From Euprymna scolopes (taxonomy: Eukaryota), in assembly GCA_053919585.1 (NCBI GenBank), contig CM132794.1: 64,000 bases of DNA. One strand, written 5' to 3'. Positions 28,801 through 42,300 of this stretch are shown here, one piece after another. The stretch's first letter is position 1. Every line of letters starts with the position of its first letter. Made by a program: the position numbers and the translations under genes. The notes beneath the pieces were generated by a model. The model was not told where the DNA came from, searched no databases, and saw only the letters and a program-made list of their open reading frames with translations.

Positions 28801-31800
28801 TCTCTCCGATAAGGAAAGTAATATTTCCCCTTCTTGGCGGTCGCAAAGCAGGATCTCAACTAACTTTTGCAAGTATTTTTCCTTTATGACGTCACAAATC
28901 TATTTCCAAAACACCATTTCTACTTCTCTCCGATTAGGAAAGTAATATTTCCTCTTCTTGGCGGTCGCAAAGCAGGATCTCCACATACTTTTGCAATTAT
29001 TTTTCCTTTATGACGTCACAAATCTATTTCCAAAACACCATTTCTACTTCTCTCCGATTAGGAAAGTAATATTTCCCCTCCTTGGCGGTCGCAAAGCAGG
29101 ATCTCCACTCACTTTGGCAAGTATTTTTTCCTTTATGACGTCACAAATCTATTTCCAAAACACCATTTCTACTTGAAAAATTCTCTCCGATTAGGAAAGT
29201 AATATTTCCCCTTCTTGGCGGTCGCAAAACAGGATCTCCACTAAATTTTGCAAGTATTTTTTCGTTTATGACGTCACAAATCTATTTCAAAAACACAATA
29301 TCTACTTCTCTCCGATTAGGAAAGTTTCCTCTTCTTGGCGGTCGCAAAGCAGGATCTCCACTAACTTTCTCGAGTATTTTTCATTTATGACGTCACAATC
29401 TATTCTCTCCGATTAGGAAAGTAATATTTTTAATGTTTTTCTTTATGACGTCACAAATCTATTTCCAAAACACCATTTCTACTTCTCTCTGATTAGGAAA
29501 GTAATATTTCCCCTTCTTGGCGGTCGCAAATCAGGATCTCCACTAACTTTGCAAGTATATTTTCCTTAATGACGTCACAAATCTATTTCAAAAACACAAT
29601 TTCTACTTCTCTCCGATTAGGAATTTAATATTTCCCCTTCTTAGCGGTCGCAAACAGGATCTTTGCAACAATACTTTGCAAGTATTTTTCCTTTATGACG
29701 TCACAAATCTATTTCTTAAACACCATTACTCTCCGGAAAGGAAAGTAATATTTCCCCTTCTTGGCGGTCGCAAAGCAGGATCTCCACTAACTTTTGCAAG
29801 TATTTTTCCATTATGACGTCAAAAATCTATTTCTAAAACAGCATTTCTCCTTGATAAATTCTCTCCGATTAGGACAGTAATATTTCCCCCTCTTGGCGGT
29901 CGCAAAGCAGGATCTCAACTAACTTTTGCAAGTATTTTTCCTTTATGACGTCACAAATCTATTTCCAAAGCACCATTTCTACTTGATAAATTCTCTCCGA
30001 TTAGGAAAGTAATATTTCCCCTTCTTGGCGGTCGCAAAGCAGGATCTCCACTAACTTTTGCAAGTATTTTTTCCTTTATGACGTCACAAATCTATTTCCA
30101 AAACACCATTTCTACTTCTCTCCGATTAGGAAAGTAATATTTCCCCTTCTTGGCGGTCGCAAAGCAGGATCTCCACTAATTTTTGCAAGTATTTTTTCCT
30201 TTATGATGTCACAAATCTATTTCCAAAACACCATTTATACTTGACAAATTCTCTCACATTACAAAAGTAATATTTCCCTTTTTTTGCGGTCGCAAAGCAG
30301 GATCTCCACTAATTTTTACAAGTATTTTTCCTTTATGACGTCACAAATCTATTTCCAAAACACCATTCCTACTTCTCTCCGATAAGGAAAGTAATATTTC
30401 CCCTTCTTGGCGGTCGCAAAGCAGGATCTCGACTAATTTTTGCAAGTATTTTTTCCTTTATGATGTCACAAATGTATTTCCAAAACACCATTTCTACTTG
30501 ACAAATTCTCTCCGATTAGGACAGTAATATTTCCCCTTCTTGGCGGTCGCAAAGCAGGATCTCCACTAACTTTTGCAAGTATTTTTCCTTTATGACGTCA
30601 CAAATCTATTTCGAAAACACCATTTCTACTTGATAAATTCTCTCCGATAAGGACAGTAATATTTCCCCTTCTTGGCGGTCGCAAAGCAGGATCTGCACTT
30701 ACTTTTGCAAGTATTTTTTCGTTTATGACGTCACAAATCTATTTCCAAAACACCATTTCTACTTGACAAATTCTCTCCGATCAGGAAAGTAATATTTCCA
30801 CTTTTTGGCGGTCGCAAAGCAGGATCTCCACTAACTTTTGCAAGTATTTTTTCGTTTATGACGTCACAAATCTATTTCCAAAACACCATTTCCACTTGAT
30901 TAATTCTCTCCGTTTAGGTAAAATAGTATTTCCCCGTCTTGGCGGTTGCAAAGCAGGATCTCAATTCACTTTTGCAAGTATTTTTTCCTTTATGATGTCA
31001 CAAATCTATTTCGAAAACACCATATCTACTTGATAAATTCTCTCCGATTAGGAAAGTATTATTTCCCCTTCTTGGCGGTCGCAAAGCAGGATCTCCACTC
31101 ACTTTTGCAAGTATTTTTCCTTTATGACGTCAAAAATCTGTTTCCAAAACATCATTTCTACTTCTCTCACATTACGAAAGTAATATTTCCCTTTTTTTGC
31201 GGTCGAAAAGCAGGATCTCCACTAACTTTTGCAACTATTTTTCCTTTATGACGTCACAAATCTATTTCAAAAACACCATTTCTACTTGTCTCCGATTAGG
31301 AAAGTAATATTTCCCCTCCTTGGCGGTCGCAAAGCAGGATCTCCACTAACTTTTGCAAGTATTTGTTCCTTTATGACGTCACAAATCTATTTCCAAAACA
31401 CCATTTCTACTTCTCTCCGATTAGGAAAGTAATATTTCCCCTTCTTTGGCGGTCGCAAAGCAGGATCTCCACTAATTTTTGCAAGTATTTTTTCCTTTAT
31501 GATGTCACAAATCTATTTCAAAAACACCATTTCTACTTGACAAATTCTCTCACATTACGAAAGTAATATTTCCCTTTTTTTGCGGTCGCAAAGCAGGATC
31601 TCCACTAACTTTTGCAAGTATTTTTCCTTTATGACGTCACAAATCTATTTCCAAAACACCATTTTTACTTGTCTCCGATTAGGAAAGTAATATTTCCCCT
31701 CCTTGGCGGTCGCAAAGCAAGATCTCCACTAACTTTTGCAAGTATTTTTTCCTTTGTGACGTCACAAATCTATTTCCAAAAAACCATTTCTACTTCTCTC

Positions 31801-34800
31801 CGATTAGGAAAGTAATATTTCCCCTTCTTGGCGGTCGCAAAGCAGGATCTCCACTAATTTTTGCAAGTATTTTTTCCTTTATGATGTCACAAATGTATTT
31901 CAAAAACACCATTTCTACTTGACAAATTCTCTCCGATTAGGAAAGTAATATTTCCCCTTCTTGGCGGTCGCAAAGCAGGATCTCCACTAACTTTTGCAAG
32001 TATTTTTCCTTTATTACGTCACAAATCTATTTCCAAAAGACCATTTCTCTCCGAGAAGGAAAGTAATATTTCCCCTTCTTGGCGGTCGCAAAGCAGGATC
32101 TCCACTAACTTTTGCAAGTATTTTTCCATTATGACGTTAAACATCTATTTCCAAAACACCATTTCTACTTCTCTCCGATTAGGAAAGTAATATTTCCCCT
32201 TCTTTGGCGGTCGCAAAGCAGGATCTCCACTAACTGTTGCAAGTATTTTTCCTTTATGACGTCACAAATCTATCTCCAAAACACCATTTCTACTTCTCTC
32301 CGATGAGGAAAGTAATATTTACCCTTCTTGGAGGTTACAAAGCAGGATCTCCACTAACGTTTGCAAGTATTTTTCCTTTATGACGTCACACATCTATTTC
32401 CAAAACACCATTTCTACTTCTCTCCGATTAGGAAAGTAATATTTCCCCTTCTTGGCGGTCGCAAAGCAGGATCACTAACTTTTTCAAGTATTTTTCCTTT
32501 ATGACGTCACAAATCTATTTCCAAAACACCATTCCTACTTCTCTCCGATTAGGAAAGTAATATTTCCTCTTCTTGGCGGTCGCACAGCAGGATCTCCACT
32601 AACTTTTGCAAGTATTTTTTCCTTTATGACGTCACAAATCTATTTCCAAAACACCATTTCTACTTGACAAATTCTCTCCGATTAGGAAAGTAATATTTCC
32701 CATTTTTGGCGGTCGCAAAGCAGGATCTCCACTAACTTTTGCAAGTATTTTTTCGTTTATGACGTCACAAATCTATTTCCAAAACACCATTTCCACTTGA
32801 TAAATTTTCTCCGTTTAGGAAAGTAGTATTTCCTCTTCTTGGCGGTTGCAAAGCAGGATCTCCACTAACTTTTGCAAGTATTTTTTCCTTTATGACGTCA
32901 CAAATCTATTTCCAAAACACCATTTCTACTTCTCTCCGATTAGGAAAGTAATATTTCCTCTTCTTGGCGGTCGCAACGCAGGATCTCCACTCACTTTTGC
33001 AAGTATTTTTTACTTTATGACGTCACAAATCTATTTCCAAAACACCATTTCTACTTGACTAATTCTCTCCGATTAGGTAAGTAATATTTCCCATTTTTGG
33101 CGGTCGCAAAGCAGGATCTCCACTAACTTTTTCAAGTATTTTTTCGTTTATGACGTCACAAATCTATTTTTAACACTCCATTTCCACTTGATAAATTTTC
33201 TCCGTTTAGGAAAGTTGTATTTCCCCTTCTTGGCGGTTGCAAAGCAGGATCTCAATTAACTTTTGCAAGTATTTTTTCCTTTATGATGTCACAAATCTAT
33301 CTCCAAAACACCATTTCTACTTGACAAATTCTCTCCGATTAGGAAAGTAATATTTCCCCTTCTTGGCGGTCGCAAAGCAGGATCTCCACTAACTTTTGCA
33401 AGTATTTTGTCCTGTATGACGTCACAAATCTATTTCCAAAACACCATTTCTACTTGACACATTCTCTCCGATTAGGAAAGTAATATTTCCCCTTCTTGGC
33501 GGTCGCAAAGCAGGATCTCCACTAACTTTTGCAAGTATTTTTTCCTTTATTCTGTCACAAATCTATTTCCAAAAGACCATTTCTCTCCGAGAAGGAAAGT
33601 AATATTTCCCCTTCTTGGCGGTCGCAAAGCAGGATCTCCACTAACTTTTGTTAGTATTTTTTCCTTTATGACGTCACAAATCTATTTCCAAAACACCATT
33701 TCTACTTTTCTCCGATTAGGAAAGTAATATTTCCTCTTCCTGGCGGTCGCAAAGCAGGATATCCACTAACTTTTGCAAGTATTTTTTCCTTTATGACGTC
33801 ACAAATATATTTCCAAAACACCATTTCTACTTGATAAATTCTCTCCGATTAGGAAAGTAATATTTCCCCTTCTTGGCGGTCGCAAAGCAGGATCTCCACT
33901 AACTTTTGCAAGTATTTTTTTATGACGTCACAAATCTATTTCCAAAACACCATTTCAACTTGATAAATTCTCGTCGTTTAGGAAAGTAGTATTCCCCTTC
34001 TTGGCGGTTGCAAAGCAGGATCTCAATAAACTTTTGCAAGTATTTTTTCCTTTATGATGTCACAAATCTATTTCAAAAAAACCCATTTCTACTTGATAAA
34101 TTCTCTCCAATTAGGAAAGTAATATTTCCCCTTCTTGGCGTTCGCAAAGCAGGATCTTCGCTAACTTTTGCAAGTATTTTTTTCTTTATGGCGTCACAAA
34201 TCTATTTCCAAAACACTATTTCTACCCCTCCTTGGCTGTCGCAAAGCAAGATCTCCCCTAACTTTTGCAAGTATTTTTTCCTTTATGACGTCACAAATCT
34301 ATTTCTAAAACACCATTTCTACTTCTCTCCGATTAGGAAAGTAATATTTCCCCTTCTTGGCGGTCGCAAAGCAGGATATGCACTAAATTTGCAAATATTT
34401 TTTCCTTTATGACGTCACAAATCTGTTTACAAAACATCATTTCTACTTCTCTCACATTACGAAAGTAATATTTTCCCTTTTTGGCGGTCGCAAAGCAGGA
34501 TCTGCACTAACTTTTGCAAGTATTTTTTCCTTTATGACGTCACAAATCTATTTCCAAAACACCATTTCTACTTGACAAATTCTCTCCGATTAGGAAAGTA
34601 ATATTTCCCCTTCTTGGCTCGCCAACCCGGATCTCCACTAACTTTTGCAAGTATTTCTTTGCTTATGACGTAACAAATCTATTTCCAAAACACCATTGCT
34701 ACTTGACAAATTCTCTCCGATTAGGAAAGTAATATGTCCCCTTCTTGGCGGTCGCAAAGCAGGATATCCATTAAGTTTTGCAAGTATTTTTTCGTTTATG

Positions 34801-36300
34801 ACGTCACAAATCTATTTCCAAAACACCAGTTCCACTTGACACATTCTCTCCGTTTAGGAAAGTAGAATTTCCCCTGCTTGGCGGTTGCAAAGCAGGATCT
34901 CAATAAACTTTTGCAAGTATTTTTCCTTTATGATGTCACGAATCTATTTCCAAAACACCATTTCTACTTGATAAATTCTCTCCGATTAGGAAAGTAATAT
35001 TTCCCCTTCTTGGCGGTCGCAAAGCAGGATCTGCACTAACTTTTGCAAGTATTTTTTCCTTTATGACGTCACAAATCTATTTCGAAAACACCATTTGTAC
35101 TTCTCTCCGATTAGGAAAGTAATATTTCCCCTTCTTCGCGGTCGCAAAGCAGGATCTCCAATCACTTTTGCAAGTATTTGTTCCATTATGACGTCACAAA
35201 TCTGTTTCCAAAACATCATTTCTACTTCTCTAACATTACGAAATAAATATATCCCCTTTTTTGCAGTTGCAAAGCAGGATCTGCACTAACTTTTGCAAGT
35301 ATTTTTTCCTTTATGACGTCACAAATCTATTTCCAAAACACCATTTCTAATTGACAAATTCTCTCCGATTAGGAAAGTAATATTTCCCCTTCTTGGCGGT
35401 CGCAAAGCAGGATCTCCACTAACTTTTGCAAGTATTTTGTCGTTTATGACGTAACAAATCTATTTCCAAAACACCATTTCCACTTGATAAATTCTCTCCG
35501 TTTAGGAAAGTAGTATTCCCCGTCTAGCTAGTTTCAAAGCCGGATCTTAATAAACTTTTGCAAGTATTTTTTCCTTTATGATGTCACAAATCTATTTCAA
35601 TAACACCATTTCTACTTGATAAATTCTCTCCGATTAGGAAAGTAATATTTCCCCTTCTTGGCGGTCGCAAAGCAGGACCTCCACTTACTTTTGCAAGTAT
35701 TTAATCCTTTATGACGTCACACATCTGTTTCCAAAACATCATTTCTACTCTCACATTACGAAAGTAATATTTTCCCTTTTTGGCGGTCGCAAAGCAGGAT
35801 CTGCACTAACTTTTGCAAGTATTTTTTCCTTTATGACGTCACAAATCTATTTCCAAAACACCATTTCTACTTCTCTTCGATTAGGAAAGTAATATTTTCC
35901 TTTCTTGGCGGTCGCAAAGCAGGATTTGCACTAACTTTTTCGAGTATTTTCCCTTTATGACGTCACAAATCTATTTCCAAACACCATTTCTCTCCGATTA
36001 GGACAGTAATATTTCCCCTTCTTGGCGGTCGCAAAGCAGCATCTCCACTTACTTTTGCAAGTATTTTCCTTTAGGACGTCACAAATCTATTTCCAAAACA
36101 CCATTTCTACTTGATAAATTCTCTCCGATTAGGAAAGTAATATTTCCCCATCTTGGCGGTAACAAAGCAGGATCTCCACTAACTTTTGCAAGTATTTTTC
36201 CTTTATGACGTCACAAATCTAGTTCCAAAACACCATTTCTACTTCTCTCCGATAAGGAAAGTAGTATTTCCCCTCCTTGGCGGTCGCAAAGCAGGATCTC
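10900..36300 (+). repeat. Large block duplications inside the array, ~10.5-12 kb period (2 copies plus a partial third)
   Basis: Rare variants recur in the same order: CCAACCCGGATC at ~12020/24005/34620 and GGTAACAAAGC at ~14200/25289/36159. Matching ORFs lie at 12628/24612/35095, 16395/27464, 18018/28958 and 20066/31229. Boundaries are approximate. Confidence 0.85.
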
Positions 36301-39300
36301 CACTAACTTTTGCAAGTATTTTTTCCTTTATGACGTCACAAATCTATTTCCAAAACACTGTCTATTTCTCTCCGATTAGGAAAGTAATATTTCCCCTTCT
36401 TAGCGGTCGCAAAGCAGGATCTCCACTAACTTTTGCAAGTACTTTTTCGTTTATGACGTCACAAATCTATTTCCAAAACACCATTTCTAATTGACAAATT
36501 CTCTCCGATTAGGAAAGTAATATTTCCCCTTCTTGGCGGTCGCAAAGCAGGATCTCCACTAACTTGATACAGTATTTTTTAGTTTATGACGTCACAAATC
36601 TATTTCCAAAACACCATTTCCACTTGATAAATTCTCTCCGTTTAGGAAAGTAGTATTCCCCTTCTTGGCGGTTGCAAAGCAGGATCTCAATTAACTTTTG
36701 CAAGTATTTTTTTCCTTTATGACGTCACAAATCTATTTCCAAAACACCATTTCTACTTCTCTCCGATGAGGAAAGTAATATATCCCCTTCTTGGCGGTCG
36801 CAAACAGGATCTCCACTAATTTTTGCAAGTCTTTGTTCCTTTATCTCGTCACAAATCTATTTCCAAAACACCATTTCTACTTCTCTCCGATTAGGAAAGT
36901 AAAATTTCCCCTTCTTAGCGGTCGTAAAGCAGGATCTCCACTAACTTTTGCAAGTATTTTTTCGTTTATGACGTCACAAATCTAGTTCCAAAACACCATT
37001 TCTACTTCTCTCCGATTAGGAAAGTAATATTTCCTCTTCTTGGCGGTCGCAAAGCAGGATCTCCACTAATTTTTGCAAGTATTTTTTCCTTTATGATGTC
37101 ACAAATGTATTTCCAAAACACCATTTCTACTTGACAAATTCTCTCCGATTAGGAAAGTAATATTTCTCCTTCTTGGCGGTCGCAAAGCAGGATCTCCACT
37201 AACTTTTGCAAGTATTTTTCCTTTATTACGTCACAAATCTATTTCCAAAAGACCATTTCTCTCCGAGAAGGAAAGTAATATTTCCCCTTCTTGGCGGTCG
37301 CAAAGCAGGATCTCCACTAACTTTTGCAAGTATTTTTCCATTATGACGTCAAACATCTATTTCCAAAACACCATTTCTACTTGATATATTATCTCCGATT
37401 AGGAAAGTAATATTTCCCCTTCTTGGCGGTCGCAAAGCAGGATCTCCACTAACTGTTGCAAGTATTTTTCCTTTATGACGTCACAAATCTATCTCCAAAA
37501 CACCATTTCTACTTCTCTCCGATGAGGAAAGTAATATTTACCCTTCTTGGCGGTCGCAAAGCAGGATCTCCACTAACGTTTGCAAGTATTTTTCCTTTAT
37601 TACGTCACACATCTATTTCCAAAACACCATTTCTACTTCTCTCCGATTAGGAAAGTAATATTTCCCCTTCTTGGCGGTCGCAAAGCAGGATCACTAACTT
37701 TTTCAAGTATTTTTCCTTTATGACGTCACAAATCTATTTCCAAAACACCATTCCTACTTCTCTCCGATTAGGAAAGTAATATTTCCTCTTCTTGGCGGTC
37801 GCACAGCAGGATCTCCACTAACTTTGTCAAGTATTTTTTCCTTTATGACGTCACAAATCTATTTCCAAAACACCATTTCTACTTGACAAATTCTCTCCGA
37901 TTAGGAAAGTAATATTTCCCATTTTTGGCGGTCGCAAAGCAGGATCTCCACTAACTTTTTCAAGTATTTTCTCGTTTATGACGTCACAAATCTATTTCCA
38001 AAACACCATTTCCACATTTTCTACGTTTAGGAAAGTAGTATTTCCCCTTCTTGGCGGTCGCAAAGCAGGATCTCCACTAACTTTTGCAAGTATTTTTTCC
38101 TTTATTACGTCACAAATCTATTTCAAAAAGACCATTTCTCTCCGAGAAGGAAAGTAATATTTCCCCTTCTTGGCGGTCGCAAAGCAGGATCTCCTCTAAC
38201 ATTTGCAAGTATTTTTCCTTTATGACGTCAAACATCTATTTCCACAACACAATTTCTACTTGATAAATTCTCTCCAATTAGGAAAGTAATATTTCTCCTT
38301 CTGGATGGTCGCAAAGCAGGATCTCCAATAACTGTTGCAAGGATTTTTCCTTTATGACGTCACAAATCTATTTCCAAAACACCATTTCTACTTGACAAAT
38401 TCTCTCCGATTAGGAAAGTAATATTTTCTCTTCTTGGCGGTCGCAAAGCAGGATCTCCACTAACTATTGCAAGTATTTTTTCGTTTATGACGTCACAAAT
38501 CTATTTCCAAAACAACACTTCCACTTGATAAATTCTCTCCGTTAAGGAAAGTAGTATTCCCCTTCTTGGCGGTTGCAAAGCGGGATCTCAATTAACTTTT
38601 ACAAGTATTTTTCCTTTATGATGTCACAAATCTATTTCAATAACACCATTTCTACTTGATAAATTCTCTCCGATTAGGAAAGTAATATTTCTCCTTCTTG
38701 GCGGTCGCAAAGCAGGATCTCCGCTAACTTTGTCAAGTATTTTTTTCTTTATGACGTCACAAATCAATTTCCAAAACACCATTTCTACTTCTCTCCGATT
38801 AGGAAAGGAATATTTCCCCTTCTCGGCGGTCGCAAAGCAGGATCTCCACTAACTTTTGCAAGTTATTTCCTTTATTACGTCACAAATCTATTTCCAAAAC
38901 ACCATTTCTACTTCTCTCCGATTAGGAAAGTAATATTTTCCCTTCTAAGCGGTAACAAAGCAGGATCTCCACTAACTTTTGCAAGTACTTTTTCCATTAT
39001 GACGTCACAAATCTATATCCAAAACACCATTTCTACTTGATAAATTCTCTCCGATTAGGAAAGTAATATTTCCCCTTCTTGGCGGTCGCAAAGCAGGAAC
39101 TCCACTCACTTTTGCAAGTATTTTTTCCTTTATGACGTCACAAATCTATTTCCAAAACATCATTTCTACTTTTTACTCACATTAGGAAAGTAATATTTCC
39201 CCTTCTGTGCGGTCGCAAAGCAGGATCTTTTGCAAGTATTTTTCGTTTATGACGTCACAAATCTATTTCCAAAACACCATTTCTTTCCGATTAGGAAAGT

Positions 39301-42300
39301 AATATTTCCCCTTCTTGGCGGTCGCAATGCAGGATCTCCACAACTTTTGCAAGTAATTTGTCCTTTATGACGTCACAAATCTATTTCCAAAACCTCATTT
39401 CTACTTTTTACTCACATTAGGAAAGTAATATTTCCCCTTTTCGGTGGTCGCAAAGCAGGATCTGCACTAACTTTTGCAAGTATTTTTTCCTTTGTGACGT
39501 CACAAATCTTTTTCCAAAACACCATTTCTACTTCTCTCCGATTAGGAAAGTAATATTTCCCTTTCTTGGCGGTCGGAAAGCAGGATCTCCACTAACTTTA
39601 GCGAGTATTTTTCCTTTATGACGTCACAAATCTATTTCTAAAACACCATTTCTACTTGATAAATTCTCTCCGATTAGGAAAGTAATATTTCCCCTTCTTG
39701 GCGGTCGCAAAGCAGAATCTCCACTAACTTTTGCAAGTATTTTTTCCTTTATGACGTCACAAATCTATTTCCAAAACACCATTTCTCTCCGATTTGGAAA
39801 GTAAGATTTCCCCTTCTTGGCGGTCGCAAAGCAGGATCTCCACTAACTTTTGCAAGTATTTTTCCATTATGACGTCATAAATCTATTTCCAACACCATTT
39901 CTACTTGATAAACTCTCTCCGATTAGGAAAGTAATATTTCCCCTTCTTGGCGGTCGCAAAGCAGGATCTCCACAAACTTTTGCAAGTATTTTCCTCTATG
40001 ACGTAACAAATCTATTTCCAAAACACCATTTCTACTTCTGTCCGATTAGGAAAGTAAAATTTACCATTCTTGGTTGTCGCAAAGCAGGATCTCCACTAAC
40101 TTTTGCAAGTATTTTTCCTTTATGACGTCACAAATCTATTTCCAAAACACCATTTCTACTTGATAAATTTTCTCCGATTAGGAAAGTAATATTTCCCCTT
40201 CTTGGCGGTCGCAAAGCAGGATCTCAACTAACTTTTGCAAGTATTTTTCCTTTATGACGTCACAAATCTATTTCTAAAACACCATTTCTACTTCTCTCCG
40301 ATTAGGAAAGTAATATTTCCCCTTCTTGGCGGTCGCAAAGCAGGATCTCCACTAACTTTGTCAAGTATTTTTCCTTTCTGACGTCACAAATCTATTTCCA
40401 AAACACCATTTCTACTTCTCTCCGATTAGGAAAGTAATATTTCCACTTCTTGGCGGTCGCAAAGCAGGATCTCCACTAACTTTGCAAGTATTTCTTCGTT
40501 TATGACGTCACAAATCTATTTCCAAAACACCATTTCTACTTCTCTCCGATTAGGAAGGTAATATTTCCCCTTCTTGGCGGTCGCAAAGCAGGATCTCCAC
40601 TAACTTTTGCAAGTATTTTTTCATTTATGACGTCACAAATCTATTTCCTAAACACCATTTCTCTCCGATAAGGCAGTAATATTTCCCCTTCTTGGCGGTC
40701 GCAAAGCAGGATCTCCACTAACTTCTGCAAGTATTTTTCCATTATGACGTCAAAAATCTATTTCCAAAACTCCATTTCTACTTGATAAATTCTCTCCGAT
40801 TAGGAAAGTAGTAGTTCCCCTTCTTGGCGGTCGCAAAGCAGGATCTCCACTAACTGTTGCAAGTATGGTTCCTTTATGACGTCACAAATCTATTTCCAAA
40901 ACACAATTTCTACTTGATAAATTCTCCCCGATTAGGAAAGTAATATTTCCCCTTCTTGGCGGTCGCAAAGCAGGATCTCCACTAACTTTTGCAAGTATTT
41001 TTCCTTTATGACGTAACAAATCTATTTCTAAAACACTATTTCTACTTCTCTCCGATTAGAAAAGTAATATTTCCCCTTCTTGGCGGTCGCAAAGCAGGAT
41101 CTCCACTAACTTTGCAAGTATTTTTTCCTTTATGACGTCACAAATCTATTTCCAAAACAGCATTTCTACTTCTCTCCGATTAGGAAAGTAATATTTCCCT
41201 TTTCCTGGCGGTCGCAAAGCAGGATCTCCACTAACTTTTTCGAGTATTGTTCATTTATGACGTCACAAATCTATTTCCTAAACACCATTTCTCTCCGACA
41301 GGAAAGTAATATTTCCCCTTCTTGGCGGTCGCAAAGCAGGATCTCCACTAACTTTTGCAAGTATTTTTCCTTTATGACGTCACAAATCTATTTCCAAAAC
41401 ACCATTTATTTCCGATTAGGAAAGTAATATTTCCCCTTCTTAGCGGTCGCAATGCAGGATCTCCACAAATTTTGCCAGTATTTTTTCCTTTATGACGTCA
41501 CAAATCAATTTCCAAAACATCATTTCTACTTCTTACTCACATTAGGAAAGTAATATTTCCCCTTTTCGGCGGTCGCAAAGCAGGATCTGCACTAACTTTT
41601 TCAAGTATTTTTTCCTTTGTGACGTCACAAATCTTTTTCCAAAACACCATTTCTACTTCTCTCCGATTAGGAAAGTAATATTTCGCCTTCTGGGCGGTCG
41701 CAAAGCAGGATCTCCACGAACTTTTGCAACTAGTTTTTCCTTTATGACGTCACAAATCTATTTCCAAAACACCATTTCTACTTCTCTCCGATTAGGAAAG
41801 TAATATTTCCCCTTCTTGTCGGTCGCAAAGCAGGATCTCCACTAACTTTTGCAAGTATTTTTTCCTTTATGACGTCACAAATCTATTTCCAAAACACCAT
41901 TTCTCTCCGATTAGGAAAGTAATATTTCCCCTTCTTGGCGGTCGCAAAGCAGGATCTCCACTAACTTCTGCAAGTATTGTTCCATTATGACGTCAAAAGT
42001 CTATTTCCAAAACTCCATTTCTACTTGATAAATTCTCTCCGATTAGGAAAGTAATATTTCCCCTTCTTGGCGGTCGCAAAGCAGGATCTCCACAAACTGT
42101 TGACAGTATTTTTCCTTTATGACGTCACAAATCTATTTCCAAAACACCATTTCTACTTGATAAATTCTCCCCGAGTAGGAAAGTAATATTTCCCCTTCTT
42201 GGCGGTCGCAAAGCAGAATCTCCACTAACTTTTGCAAGTATTTTTTCCTTTATGACGTCACAAATCTATTTCCAAAACACCATTTCTCTCCGATTAGGAA